From the NCBI GenBank assembly GCA_051362555.1, contig CM120648.1, positions 6,816,587 to 6,880,586 of the forward strand: a DNA stretch of 64,000 nucleotides. Reading direction: 5' to 3'. Shown piece after piece: positions 27,101 through 39,972 of this stretch (position 1 is the first letter of the stretch; each line of letters starts with the position of its first letter). Origin of the DNA: Lingula anatina. Its lineage: Eukaryota > Animalia > Brachiopoda. Both the position numbers and the translations under genes were made by a program. The notes beneath the pieces are model-generated. The model saw only the letters and a program-made list of their open reading frames with translations. It was not told where the DNA came from and made no database searches.

Positions 27101-27432
27101 ACAGGAAAAAAGCACGAGAGCCAGAGCCTCTATGGACTCATAACGTCACTGACGACGGAGAGGGCATGAACGCGCGGTTCTCCAATCCGATGTACGGGGG
27201 TGCCCTACCGACAGACCTGGGGGCCGTGGGCCCCGCGCAGGAGAACTTTTACGCCGAATTGGGCGACCCGAACCCATACGATGAAATAAAAAATCCCACA
27301 TCTTTTGGTGAAAATGCCAAACTTGAATTAAAAGAGGACGATGTGGATGATTTAAAGGTCGGTCTGTCCAATGACGGATACATGACGATGAAGGCACAAG
27401 CGAATGCGGATGATGCTAATAATTTGGTGTGA
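23288..27432 (+). CDS. C-type lectin-mucin type-I membrane receptor 3, ~476 aa (exons 23288-23375, 23839-24117, 25013-25165, 25392-25832, 26141-26188, 26614-26707, 27105-27432)
   Basis: Weak signal-peptide-like first exon (MMSHSRGPNFLTLARGMLLCFLLRGTKVE). CTLD (RCYQF, IWIGL, QPS, WVD, FICMY), PT6 stalk, TM LTIGLTATAAVLIILVVLVIVFVLF followed by RRR, tail with FSNPMY, YAEL, YDEI, YMTM. 1431 nt in frame. Confidence 0.88.
23480..23575 (+). repeat. (CT)n-(GT)n compound microsatellite
   Basis: Direct reading. Similar dinucleotide tracts occur at ~31222, ~39120, ~39920, ~42425, ~51124 and ~61838. Confidence 0.9.
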
Positions 27433-28378
27433 ATGTTATCAAAATAGTGATGACATTTGGAACTGGAAATTCTTGAATGTTGTGTTGACTTATCGCCTGA
27501 GTCAAATAAAACCATTTCTAGCTTCTTTAGAAGGATCGAAAAAGAAATAGACGCAGAACCCCCTGACGTGTACCAACACAACGCAATTTTATGGTCGTTT
27601 AGAAATCCAGGTGATAGGCCTATCCTTTTTTATGCTAAATTACACAACGGGTGTAGGAGACACATTCTCCATAAACAACGCCATGACATCAAAGATGTAG
27701 CCCTGAAGTTTGAAACAACTGCTTGCAAACTGGGGTTATCGGTGAAATTTTTTGTTGCCGTGACAGGTTTTAGAAAGATCCATTTTCAAAGGTTTAAGGA
27801 AATTTTTCACAATACATCTTGCCAAAAGATTAAAACCATCAGATTCCATCAGTGAGGAAGGCTCAGCGAATCCAGCCTCTAAACTCTTTGACTATCCTCG
27901 GGCTGTCCATCACTATGACGCGCAATATCGTCTTCACGAGCCGTCACGGAGGGGTATTATTTAGGGGGCGGTGCCGCCATCAAGGAACAACAGGACGCAT
28001 TGTTAAGTACATCTTATAGCCACTTTTCATGTCACGAATTTCTGTAGACTATGATGTAACAGAGCAGTGCGAGTCATCCACACCCATGATGACGGGGCGC
28101 TACCTGGCAACACGAACATGATATCTTCACTATTGTGATGTGTTGAGCCGTGTGCTATTTGTCTCTGTTTGTGAAAAGTGTTTTGAATATCTTGCCATAA
28201 TGAATCTCCTTGGATCCACAGGTCAGTGTACATAGGGTAAGGTGCGTGGAGAAGACGTTTCTAATGTAACATTAACCTTTGTCGCACCACTGCTCAGCGA
28301 TCCAATGACATACATGGCTCATATTTTTATTTTCTGCGACGTAAAAGGAATGGATTGACCCTTGTAAAAATCTCAATA

Positions 28379-28438
<60 letters not shown>

Positions 28439-29496
28439 CGATTTAAGACATGTAAATTTCACCCATTTTTTCATAAATCATTCTGTACATATAATACCCA
28501 CTAAGAAATACATGGATGTAGTCAGCTGGTCTGACGTCATGTAACATTATGTAATAACTAAAAACGTATACTTCGAATTACGAAATGAAGTAGTATCGGT
28601 TTATGTGCAGTTGTCTTGTCTTTTAATGCATAAGGCATTTTATTGAATAGCAGAGGCAATAAGGGTGGAGTGGCATGAACGTATTTTACGTGTCATGAAC
28701 ATGTACAATGGTTGTGGTACAGGCTTTTTAGGCTCAGAAGACCTTTGAAAAGCCCATACAGGTGGTGACCTGTATGAAAGGAAGTATCGTACATGATAAA
28801 CTGAGACAGAATGCCTTTGGTTCGAGGGTCACAAAATTGTGGCAGTTTAAAAATGATTTTACAATCGATTCGTTTGCTAAGATAGAGAAAATACGGTGAG
28901 AACGAAACAAATAAATAATAAAATAAAAATTATAATAGTCCGAAAACAAAAGAATGAAAATGTCATAAAGTGTGTTTAACTATAATAAATATTAACACTT
29001 GCACTAGAAATTATATAACAGGATAATTAATGGTAGGTTAATTCGATACTATACATCTGACAGGGGCAAAATAGTTTTCTCTGTAGTATCATTTAGTTTC
29101 TAATTCTCAAGTCACATGTAAGTACACATACTTTTCAGACACGTTTCATCCGTCAGACTCTGAACAGGCGATGACCTTAAACATGGATGAGAATCCATTT
29201 AAACAAAACATCATAAGGTCACCACTTCATCCAGACACACTATACGTACAAATAGGTGATTTTCTTCGTGACTCGATTTTTTGTTCGAAGCTTATTTAAA
29301 AAAAAAACAGCAGGGATTCTTTTAAGGGACGCGCTCTTGTTCGGGACGTCTTTGTTTAGAAAAAAAAAAGTATTCTGGAATATTGACAACCAAATGGGGT
29401 CATGCACCCCGCGTTTAAAGATCGGATAAACAGGGTGGATTTGTATCATTATCAATACAATTTGCAGCTCATTGTCGTTTCTCAGTTATTTCACAA

Positions 29497-29555
<59 letters not shown>

Positions 29556-29672
29556 AATAAGAGTGAATTTGTTAAGGTAATATGAAAAATGAAGAAAGCC
29601 CTTTAACAGATATATGTAAAAGGTTTAAAGCGAGCTTCTGTACCAGTATATACATGTAGATAAAGCATCCTC

Positions 29673-29894
29673 AGACTAGGTTCCCACAGATTTGGATCGA
29701 TCCATCTGGATCGACCTAACTCCCTGGGGGTTCACGCTAAATTGCTGTCAGCTTCCGGGAGCCGAGCACGCACCAAAGTTAATTACCCCCTTACAGCTTT
29801 AAGTAGGCGGGGCATTTAAGCCGGTTAAGCTGACAGCAATCTAGTGAAACTCCCCAGGGGGATTGATCGATCTAAATATCTGTGGGAATAGTCT
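29673..29894. mobile_element. MITE (GATCGATC family), opposite orientation to the 32208 and 45178 copies
   Basis: TIR agactag-gttcccacagattt..gatcgatc / gatcgatctaaatatctgtgggaatagtct; CTC on both flanks; internal aattacccccttacagctt..gtaggcggg is the reverse complement of the core in the 32208 and 45178 copies. Confidence 0.75.
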
Positions 29895-30342
29895 CTCAGA
29901 CATAAATAACAGGGTCACGTGTTGTCACAAGGTATAACGTCATGGCATGGTTTCTTCTCTTCAATCTTGTGAGATGTTACCGCTGAGTTATGGTGTGATC
30001 GTAATTTATGTCCAGAAGCAACATATTACTCTTTCGTTATGGTGGCTCTCACTTTAAGATATTTTTATTCTGCTCTAATTCGAGAAAGCAGACAGCAGTT
30101 CACTGAAATAGAGTGACTTACGGCCCAAAACAGTGTCGGTTTCCTTCTTTTAAATATAAATAAAATTAAAATTAATAAAAATAATAATAAAACGAGAACA
30201 GGCGCGGTATTTTATTCAAAGGCGGATTTCTAAAATTTTACCTTGGGTGTAAAATCTCAAAAGATTTTCCAAATAGTTTAAACACGAACTCTACACTACG
30301 ATTCAAGAAGAGGAGTGATATTGGGGTCTACAGGTATATCAG

Positions 30343-30835
30343 TGTGACGTCAGACCAGGTAGTTACTCTGTGTAGGTGTACCGAAGCGACGAAGGGTAAA
30401 TCCCCCTTTGTCACGCAAAGCAGGTCCCCTCGTATGACTCAATATAGAAACGGGGGTCACTGTGTCGAGATCGCATCTTAATAACAATGAGGGTGCCGAC
30501 GTCACTGGGGTCGTATATACAATGCGTGTATTTTTGTGTTGATGGGGTAAGTCTTCAGCTATATAGGAACACAGTCTCCAGGCGGAAGGACGTGGAAGGC
30601 TAGCTCAGACTGCAAAGGAATCTGAACCCTTTGCACAGTATTTCTCTTCCTAACAAAGTTCGTACACAGGGTCTATATAAGGGTCTAGCTGTGGCCGAGA
30701 AGGAACGAGGGAGATTTACAGTTTGAGCACGACGCCGAGAAGTTAGAGACGCCTACACGTTGTGGGGAAACGTTGATCAACTCTTAGTTGTATCGAAGGG
30801 ATAAACTCAAGTGTACTTTTGCCACTGTTGCCACA
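30343..30835 (+). mobile_element. Candidate solo LTR (~490 bp)
   Basis: Begins TGTGAC and ends GCCACA (TG..CA, imperfect inverted termini); internal TATATAA at ~30674 and GATAAA near the 3' end; higher GC than the flanks. TSD only partial (atcag/cacag). Confidence 0.4.
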
Positions 30836-31121
30836 CACAGTCCTCTGTAAGTTACTTTGGAGAAAGCATATCAAAATATACTGTTAGTACTTGATTTATT
30901 AGGGAGAGACTTTTCCGCCATTGACATTGAATGAACCTCTATAGCAAGAGACAGAGTTGGGTTCAATTGTCAACGACAAGTGTTTGTACATTGTTTACAT
31001 CTGGTCAGCCTCAACGTTCTAAACAAGCCGCGTATATTGACACTGGTCGTGGAGTGTACGATCTTGGCATTCTTTGTGGTTAGAATCACTGCAGTGCAGC
31101 GAGAGACGGGTCGAGAGCAAG

Positions 31122-31218
31122 ATGAAATTCTGTCAGTTTCCCCCCATGCGTGTGGTTCTTGGTGGATTGATAGGACTGTTGGTAACGTGCCGTGAATCTG
31201 TGGCAGGTAGGTGGCGAT

Positions 31219-31268
<50 letters not shown>

Positions 31269-34200
31269 CACCCAAACACAGACACGTACAGAGAGATCCG
31301 AACGGAGCTCTAACACGGTACATATGATGAGTGCCATTGGTTATTAGTAGGCAAGAATTTATGTGCCAAATATACAATAAATATCCTGATTCTCTTTCAA
31401 GAAAAAAGGTGTTACCGTATGCGCGAAATATGTATTTTCATATATTTCTATTTGTATGGGTTGATATGCCCCGATCGATATGTGGGTGTGTATTGACCCC
31501 CTTTCTTACCTGTTACGATCAAAACAATCAATATGACAATCCAGTCATATCGTTTACAGTCGTTATGTAATGTGTTACTATAGACTACAATACTGGGAAG
31601 AAACTCCCTCTTCAGATAAATAAGTCAGTCACGGTGAAGTAAAATACCAGGCTCTCGAACCACGTACCACACAAACGATTATGTTCGAATTCACAGATAC
31701 CTGTATATATAAAAGTTTATGATACAACACCCCGCGCTGTTAGCCGAAAATACAAAATACATGTATAGGTTACGATACTTCTATGATATTTCGTGGATTT
31801 TATTTTGTGCTGAAAAATACATGTACATAGAAAGCTTTCACTAGTCTTTTTCCATGGTGACCCCCAGAAATTAAACACAGATTTGGGTATTATCTATTGC
31901 ACATAGCTTCGCTCCGGATGCCATATCGTACGATACATCTCGTGAGTAACCGAAAGCATATTTTTGTATTAAACACACTTCGAGCCTGGCAGGACGTTCT
32001 GGATACCGTTTAGACCGGTTCTAAGTTAAAACCGCCTCAGTTTCAAAGCGCGTCAACCGAGGATGGAGTGAATTCAGCTGTCGTTTGAATGTGGGGCAGT
32101 GCATGGGTTCTCTTGGCGTTGGCCGGGGGTTGGGGGGGGGGGGGTAGTCTGGGGACGCAGTACAGTAATTGGACACTTGGACGAATAAGTGCATTGTGTT
32201 TGAAGACGGGCGCATTCCCATAGATTTTAGATCGATCTATCCCCGTGGGGAGTCTCACTAGATTACTGTCAGATAATCCGGCTAAAAAGTCCGTCCCGCC
32301 TACTTCAAGCTGTAAGGGGGTAATTTACTCTCGTGCCCGCTCGGAACCCCCAGGGAGTTAGGTCGATCTAGTTGGATCTAATCTCTGGGAATGGGGTCTA
32401 AAATGGGTCTTGCGCTAGTAATGTATTAGTAGACTACGATCATCATAAGAAGTAATTATAAAGTACAGGCATTAGGTTGTGTTGGAAGACGTACACGGGT
32501 CAGGCAGAATATTTTAAGAGGGTAATGGGGGTGCAGCGAGAGCCTGCATGTTCCTTCTCAAATACTATAACATGCCTTCTTTTTCATTCTTGAGAAGACG
32601 CGCTGATCGAAGGAAACTGATTTTGAAAAATCTGTCCTACACCCTTATTTTCAATACTAGAAAACCTTTGTCATTACAGTGAGTTGTCAGACTGTCATTT
32701 TCTCACATATTCCTATATCTTCTGTCCAGTGATTTTACAGATTTCATATCGGCTACAAAAGCATGTCACAATCTCATATATATATATCTATCTTGCGATT
32801 GTATACACTCTATGGCTAAAGTGCAGCATACTGTAAATAAAGAAAAAAAAATTCAAAAAAATGAAAAAAAGGCAGGTGGGGATTGAACCACCAGATGAAC
32901 TGAAGCATATTTTTCAATCCGATGTCAAGAATGCTGAGGGTTATATTTCATTCAAGGTTCCATGGAGATAACTGCGGACAATATATAATAGGAGCTGGAA
33001 ACGTATCATATAACGTCACTTAGCCCAAGAGATCATGGTTAATGGGCCTTCTGTTACACCAAGCCATGTCATACCGTGACACCAGAATATCATCAGATGG
33101 ATGATGCTGTATGAAAATAGAGCTCCTCCCCTCTCTTTGAAAGAAATCTTGATGAGTTGACCGAGCTGAGAGGCGTCTATTTTCTCTCCCCCGCCCCCCC
33201 CCCCCCCCCCCCCCTGGTTAATGTTTACTTTCGTTTTAAACACTATACTTTCGTATTAAGCATAATTAACGCCCACAACCTCACCCTTTCGAAAGAGAAA
33301 GTCAAATAAACACCATTCTTTTTGGATCTTTCATTTTCACCCATCACTGAATAAGAAAATACTCATCGAAACCATGGATGTGTAAATATATATTAGGGTT
33401 TTAATATTGGCTTTCAACATGCCTTTCAGGTGTGTAAATACTCTAATCTTCCCAAGTGTTATCAACACTAGGGACTCACAGTAGACGATGGGATAGTGGA
33501 GATTGGTGGGAAATTTGCAAATAAACAGATAAGCTGTTCTCAATTACATTTCCTTTCTTTTATTTCCGTCTTATAATTGCAGCTCTTTACTGCAACCCGA
33601 AGTTCAGCAGGAGAGATGCATACACTAAGCGCGCGGGCGGGTGTACCGTGTCTGATATTATTTTTCACCCATCATATCTATAATTGATCTCTCTGATACA
33701 GTCACCGCGGTATATGACGAGTCATGGCTTCGACATCACAGTGAATGTTGACTTATTTGTTCCAGTCACTGCCGTCACAGTATTATATATCATACCTGTA
33801 ACTTCTTACGATTGTATTAAGACACGCCAGGTAGAAAGATGTTACATCAAAGACATAGGCCCCATTCCCACAGACACCATCGGTCTAGGGGGATCGACCC
33901 AACTCTGCAGGGATTCTCGCTGATTGCAATCAGCTCACCCAAAGAGACGTATATCTCTACATCTCTTTGGCTTAACTGAATAAATGTTGGTGATTATACG
34001 AGTACGTTGGAAACGAAAGGAGGCGTGTCATTCATTCAAGCTGATTGCGCTCAGCGAGAGTCCTCGGAGAGTTGGGTCGATCCACGTAGACCGATTGAAT
34101 GAACTGGAGTGGGGCCTTAATGACTGTGCTCAGCATAGCCGCTCCACCTCTGGTATGCGTTCTACCTGATAGCATCGGTGGTTCGATGTGACTAAGGTGT

Positions 34201-37200
34201 GCTGTACGACTCACCTGGCAATTAGCCTGCACACACGCCTTTTACCTTATTTATGTATTTCTCTAAACCGCTGAATAAATATGAAATAATATTTTAGATT
34301 AAGCGGTGAGCGTTTGTAAGGGGAAATTAAAGTAAAACTCAGTGTGTAAAAGAGACGTCCTTGAAATGTTGTGCGGGACAATATCAAGCTGATAGGCGGT
34401 ATATTTGTTGGCTTTAGAAAAGTTGTTTCCCTTAAGTAAATGTGACATTTTGTCAACTCTTAGACATACATGTATAGTACATTTCGTCGTTGTTTGGGAT
34501 CAACATTGAACAAATAAGCACATATGCTAGTATTTGATTGGTGTGTGGTGAATATAAAAACGACTCTGTCCTGGCCGGGTGAGTGTTGTGACTGGGACCA
34601 CTAAGAGCGTTTACACGGAGTCAAGTGGTTCGACCATAGAACTCAGCCCGATATTTTTCTTTGATTTCCAGTCATTTAAGATGAATAAAACAAAGCGTTC
34701 TGGATTGTATCGGGATTAGCGCTTTATCTTCCATTCAGAAACTTAATACTTATCAACGTTGCTTGTTTGGTGCGTTCTTATTGTGCTCGACGCACTAGGA
34801 TCGTTGCAGTTCGTGGCTTAAATCATTTAAACGCGTCGTAGGAATTTTTCTCTCGAGCGCCGCGTTCTGTTAATACCTTTAGGCACGACTTGAAGACATT
34901 AACTCTAGACTGTACTGCACTCGTCTCGCTACTGTTTGCACTACTCTTCATGGTAGATACGGAAAGCTTTGGTACTGCATGACGTCACACGACATCTTGC
35001 TCCTGTTACCGCCACCTCCATGACTGTGACGCCATACCAAAAAATGTGTCCTTATGTTGAGTCTTCCATTGAGATTATATACATGTTGAACTGAATGTGT
35101 CTTAAGGGTGAATGCTTAATACAGTATAAACACCTGGCGTAACATCCCTTATAGAAAAAAGTTCTGATACACGTGTCTGTGCTGCATGCATTGTGCCTTT
35201 TATTAATCAGATTTTTACATTCACTTTTCTTTTCCAATAAATCATCAATCCCAATTATCAAATATCCACATACATTGACGATGCCATTTCTGTTTATTCT
35301 TCGAAATGAAACGTTTACTTGTTTTCCTTTTACTAAATAACAACCTCGGGTAAACAAACATTAAATGAATGGTTCTTAATTTAGATATTGAAAAAAAACG
35401 CAATCTCTACCAACAGCAACTTTTCGTTTTTTAAATTTTCGTTTTAGTTTGTAATTATAAAACATTCGCTTTGTTCTACGTCGGATATCAATGGTCAATC
35501 CTGGTATTTGTAAACAAGAAAATCATATATGTAGTACAAAACACGCATGTGAACTTTTATCAATGGGGAAAATAAAATGATTCAGTGTCCGAGGTTGGAA
35601 TGGAAATTACATACGGCATTATCTTAAAAACCACAAAAACAATTTTGTTGTTGTATTGAATTGCTGGCTGTTAAGTTGTGGTTACGGCCAGCGGAGGTCT
35701 TACACATTTTCTGTACATTAGATTCGATATTAGACAACGCTGTTTACTGGCCGCTCCATGAGACTGATAATGCATTTAGATTATTATGTAAAGTGAATTT
35801 CTTTACCTCCCTCTTCATGTAACCTTTTGTCAAATGTAAACTTGAAGAAAATCTCGGGTCAGAGAATGGCATTGATATCAATGATACATGAAAGGTTATG
35901 ACTGGCTTTGAATCTTCCATGGCAAGTTTTTCCTTCATTTTTTCTACTTAATGATGATGACTCATCAGCCGCTGTGATAGATGTTATAAGATTTCACTCA
36001 GTTCATTACGAGTTCTGCTGTAACCCAACACCGGGTTCTCTCATTAGGGGTGACTTACCCTTAAGAAACGCTGGTTTACCACCTATTTTAGATCAGGTGT
36101 TTGATTGCGTGTTTTTTAAATGCTCACCGCAATATCTTTAACTTACACCACAAACGGAATGTGATATCAGGGGAAATTAGCTCTAAATGTTACAACTCGT
36201 ACCACATTGTTCTAGGTATAAGCGCTGGCTTGCTATGGTATTTATTTCTCCCGTAAAAAAGGTAGATGTATTTCCTTGTTTTGATGGTCCACTCTTAATT
36301 CCGCAAATAGAGCCGAGTTCTATACTTTCGATAAGCGCAATCATGGCGACATTCAGGGGCGGATTCAGAGATATTTTCTGACAGTCCTCCAAACTAACCA
36401 TCTTCCGTTTCGACCGTCTTCCGACAGAAAAAAATTAGATGCCCGTCACTGTCAACTTGAAAATTTCTGACCCAGAAGACGGCTGCCGTCCGCCCCTGAC
36501 GTTTATTCCTCTTAGTTATCACGTGATCATTAAAATTTCCTTTAAAGAATCTAATGTCTCTTTGTCCTTACCAAATCCTTCTCTTTATGCATACAAATTG
36601 CGGGTTGCGTGTTGATAAATGAGAAGAAATATCAAAAGAATAAGAGGATTTATGTCCTGATATATTGCTTCTTGATCTTAAAACTTCTGCAATGGAGCCG
36701 ATTGCAGTAGGTGCTCCCTTCGTCTCACTGATTGTGATTGTGTGCATCCTCAACTGCTCAAAGTCGGACAAGTAGCAGATGAGAGTTCAAAATCTAATTT
36801 ATGGTAACTCGTGTGTTGATGATGAAATAGCCTCTAACACTGTTATATTTATATTTCAATCACCAAAAGAATTTTATTTTCAAATTGATATATCGTATTA
36901 CTGCTTTTCAGATATATCGAGGTGTCCAAGTAGAGTTCGCGACCAGCCTAATGTCTACCCCTTCCAAAACAAGTGTTACCGTTTCTTCAACGTTGAAAAG
37001 ACCTGGGAGGATGCCTTGACTGACTGCAGAAGTACCGGCGGAACACTTGCAGCCATATATAACCAAGAGACCCAAAACTTCTTGAATGGCATCCTGAACT
37101 CTCTGCAGTCTGCGTGGGGGTCGTTTAATGGCGTCTGGATAGGAGCCAACGATAAAGCAAACGAGGGCTCGTGGTACTGGGTGGATACAGGTGAGATTAA

Positions 37201-37444
37201 CGAGAAGTGGGGATGGGGGAGGGGGGGTTAATTTGTATAACCGGTCAGGTAGCAAGCAACTGTCGCTACAGATATTTTCCTCATGTCGTCACGTCTGTGC
37301 CGGGGAGTAAGGCTTACTTGTAACGTCAGTGCAAAGCAAAAGAAATGTCGATGGTTAAATCTAAAATTAAAGATTTTGCAACGTCAAAAAAATTCTTAGC
37401 CTAACTGACCAGCCCATTATCAAATTTACGAACTTGAGCATGGA

Positions 37445-37488
<44 letters not shown>

Positions 37489-37764
37489 ACACACAACACT
37501 GGACTCCTTCAAGAATTGGAACCCGGGAGAGCCAGAGGACCACGTCTTGGCGCCATACACTGACTGCGCCGCCATGAAGCGTCCAGACGGGTGGCGCTGG
37601 GGGAACTACCTGTGTGAGACGTGGCCGCATACCTACCGATATATCTGCATGTACGGTAAGTGTCGATCCTATTAGATGGAAGAACAGAAGCCAGTAGACA
37701 GTATATAGTCCAATTTTGGAGACATGATATGATAAAGAACCTTCGTATGTGCACAATGTCACTG

Positions 37765-37829
<65 letters not shown>

Positions 37830-37897
37830 GCATGTTATATACGTTTAATGATAGTGAATTTTCATTTTTTTTTTTAGATATGCTTCCAACAACCACC

Positions 37898-37938
<41 letters not shown>

Positions 37939-39132
37939 CACAACCACCACCCCCACAACCACAACCATCACAACCACCACCAGGCCTACTACAACCACCA
38001 CAACCAGCACTCGTCCAACCACTCGGCACACTCGCCCAGTCTCACCTACCACAAGTTTTGCGACGAGATCCAGTCCCACCGCTGCCACCAAAACAGACGT
38101 GAAATTTTCCAGTTCGACAACTTCCAGTAACTTCAAACCAGGTATGCATATGCATAGATACTTCGTGTTTTGTGTAATCAAATGACTCGAAGATAGTATC
38201 TTGAGCCTACAATAAACCTGTCTTTATAGACTCCTTTTTTTTGCAGTCCCGTAGAGACCTAAAACGTGACATAATGTCTCCCAGTCTGGTCTCTACTGCT
38301 CTACTGGTGACGTTTATAATAATACAGATACATTCTAGTAAACGGATCTCAGTTGATAAACGATTTTATTTTGTTTTTACGTTCAAATTTACAATTCATC
38401 ATAATTCCAGGTGGCGCAAATGCTGGTGCATTCAAGTCAGACAGTCAACCACCAGCTGATCACACAGGTATGTATTGTTCAACTAGCCGAATATAGAACT
38501 CATATGAAATGATGTTTATTTAGCCATGGTTAGAGCACTTTTAATGATATGTTTTAAGCTTATAATAAAGCATGCAGGAATACCTAATGGCATAGATATA
38601 AATGTAAAATGTGATGTTACATGTACAAACAATAAAGTCATTTTACCTGAAAGTCAGTATCAGTGATTTTATTACATTTATAACAATTTTGGTTAATGCA
38701 TTTTGTTGTGGTTGCGACATGTAATGTAATTCCTTTTTTATGTATTTCATACATTTTTTTTATTTTTCTTGTGTTTCACATTTATAATTTTATTTTTAAA
38801 TGCGGAAAATACTGAATCCCCTTTTTAATTTATATCATTATGTCTTCAGGTGTTGTGATCGGCGCTTCATTTGCTGGAATATTCATCTTAGTTTTGGTGC
38901 TTCTTATAGTAGTTTATGTATACAGAAGGCGCATAAGGTATTTATGTTATGGTTTATTGTTTTCTTAGCTGAATATTTTCACGTTTACTGTTTAAGAAAT
39001 TAGTGGAGAAAGGATAAGTACTGCTACGGTTTAAATTACCAAGGTGTAAATGTAACCAATGTCTTGACCAAAACATATTCTCAACAAGAAATGATTTTGA
39101 ATTATGTACCAGCCACCTCTCTCTCTCTTTGT

Positions 39133-39172
<40 letters not shown>

Positions 39173-39630
39173 GTGTGTGTCATTTGCTGTAGACTTTCTA
39201 GTACCTATAAATGTATTTTAATTTACAAATGATCTCAACCTTTAATTTTCCTTTCAGAACCCTAAAGGAAAAAGTGGAACATGTTTCAACGCAAAATCAC
39301 TACAGCAACTATGACGACGACCTCCACGCCCAATTCGCAAACCCTTTATACCTAGACCAACAACCGCCACAACAGCAGCAGCAACCCGAGCCTCTGTATT
39401 CAGAACCCACGCCGCGCCCACCGCAACCGGAAATAGAACCTGCCGGCGCATGTGCGATTTATGCCGTCCCAGATGAGTGCCCGTATGATGTTCTTAAGCC
39501 ACCACGCCCCGTTGGAAAAGTGGTTGCTGATGATGACGATTTTACCGAGAAAGAGTCTCCGGTAAATGCGCGCTATATTTCTATGGACCAGGCACGACAG
39601 ATAAAAGAGGACAGTGAGCTTGATGTCTGA
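31122..39630 (+). CDS. C-type lectin-mucin type-I membrane receptor 4, ~437 aa (exons 31122-31206, 36912-37190, 37488-37655, 37878-38141, 38411-38467, 38850-38937, 39258-39630)
   Basis: Signal exon MKFCQFPPMRVVLGGLIGLLVTCRESVA|gtaggt (least certain exon; 5.7-kb intron follows). CTLD (KCYRF, VWIG, EPE, WGN, YICMY), Thr stalk, TM VVIGASFAGIFILVLVLLIVVYVY followed by RRR, tail with FANPLY, YSEP, YAVP, YDVL, YISM. 1314 nt in frame. Confidence 0.87.
32208..32398. mobile_element. MITE (GATCGATC family), close copy of 45178-45393 with internal deletions
   Basis: cgcattcccatagattttagatcgatctatccccgtggggagtctcactagattac is shared with 45181; ends tctgggaatggggtc. Confidence 0.8.
33858..34116. mobile_element. 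MITE related to the GATCGATC family
   Basis: TIR ggccccattcc..atcggtcta..ggatcgacccaactct / agagttgggtcgatcc..tagaccgat..ggagtggggcc; flanks ATA/TTA. Confidence 0.7.
36354..36498. mobile_element. CAGG-terminal MITE
   Basis: TIR CAGGGGCGGA / TCCGCCCCTG; flanks ACATT/ACGTT (5-bp TSD with one mismatch). A lone 5' end of the same type lies at ~4420. Confidence 0.7.
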
Positions 39631-39917
39631 GAACTATAACGACCCAGATCACATGACTTTTGATTAAAATGTTACCAAATGTAATTTCTGTAATTGTCTT
39701 TAAGGGAACGCCCAGCTCAGAAGGATTCTGTGCATCTCACAGATTTTTATAGTTTTGACTTATGACTTTGACTTTTATTTTAAAAAAAATAAGAAGCGGA
39801 AAGGACATTTCTCCACCGCCAGATCACGATCAATACAATTACACATGTATTATGTACTGTCAGACAAATGCTCGATAATCCTGGGGAATGATACTGTATA
39901 TAATCTGTAAATAGTTC

Positions 39918-39972
<55 letters not shown>

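Noticed and set aside
27457-27855. 132-aa ORF downstream of receptor 3
   Set aside because: No ATG start or recognisable domain; lies in the probable 3'UTR.
33583-33683. Good acceptor (ttataattgcag) followed by a short Cys-containing frame inside receptor 4 intron 1
   Set aside because: No convincing donor or CTLD similarity, and it reaches a stop codon; cannot be supported without RNA data.
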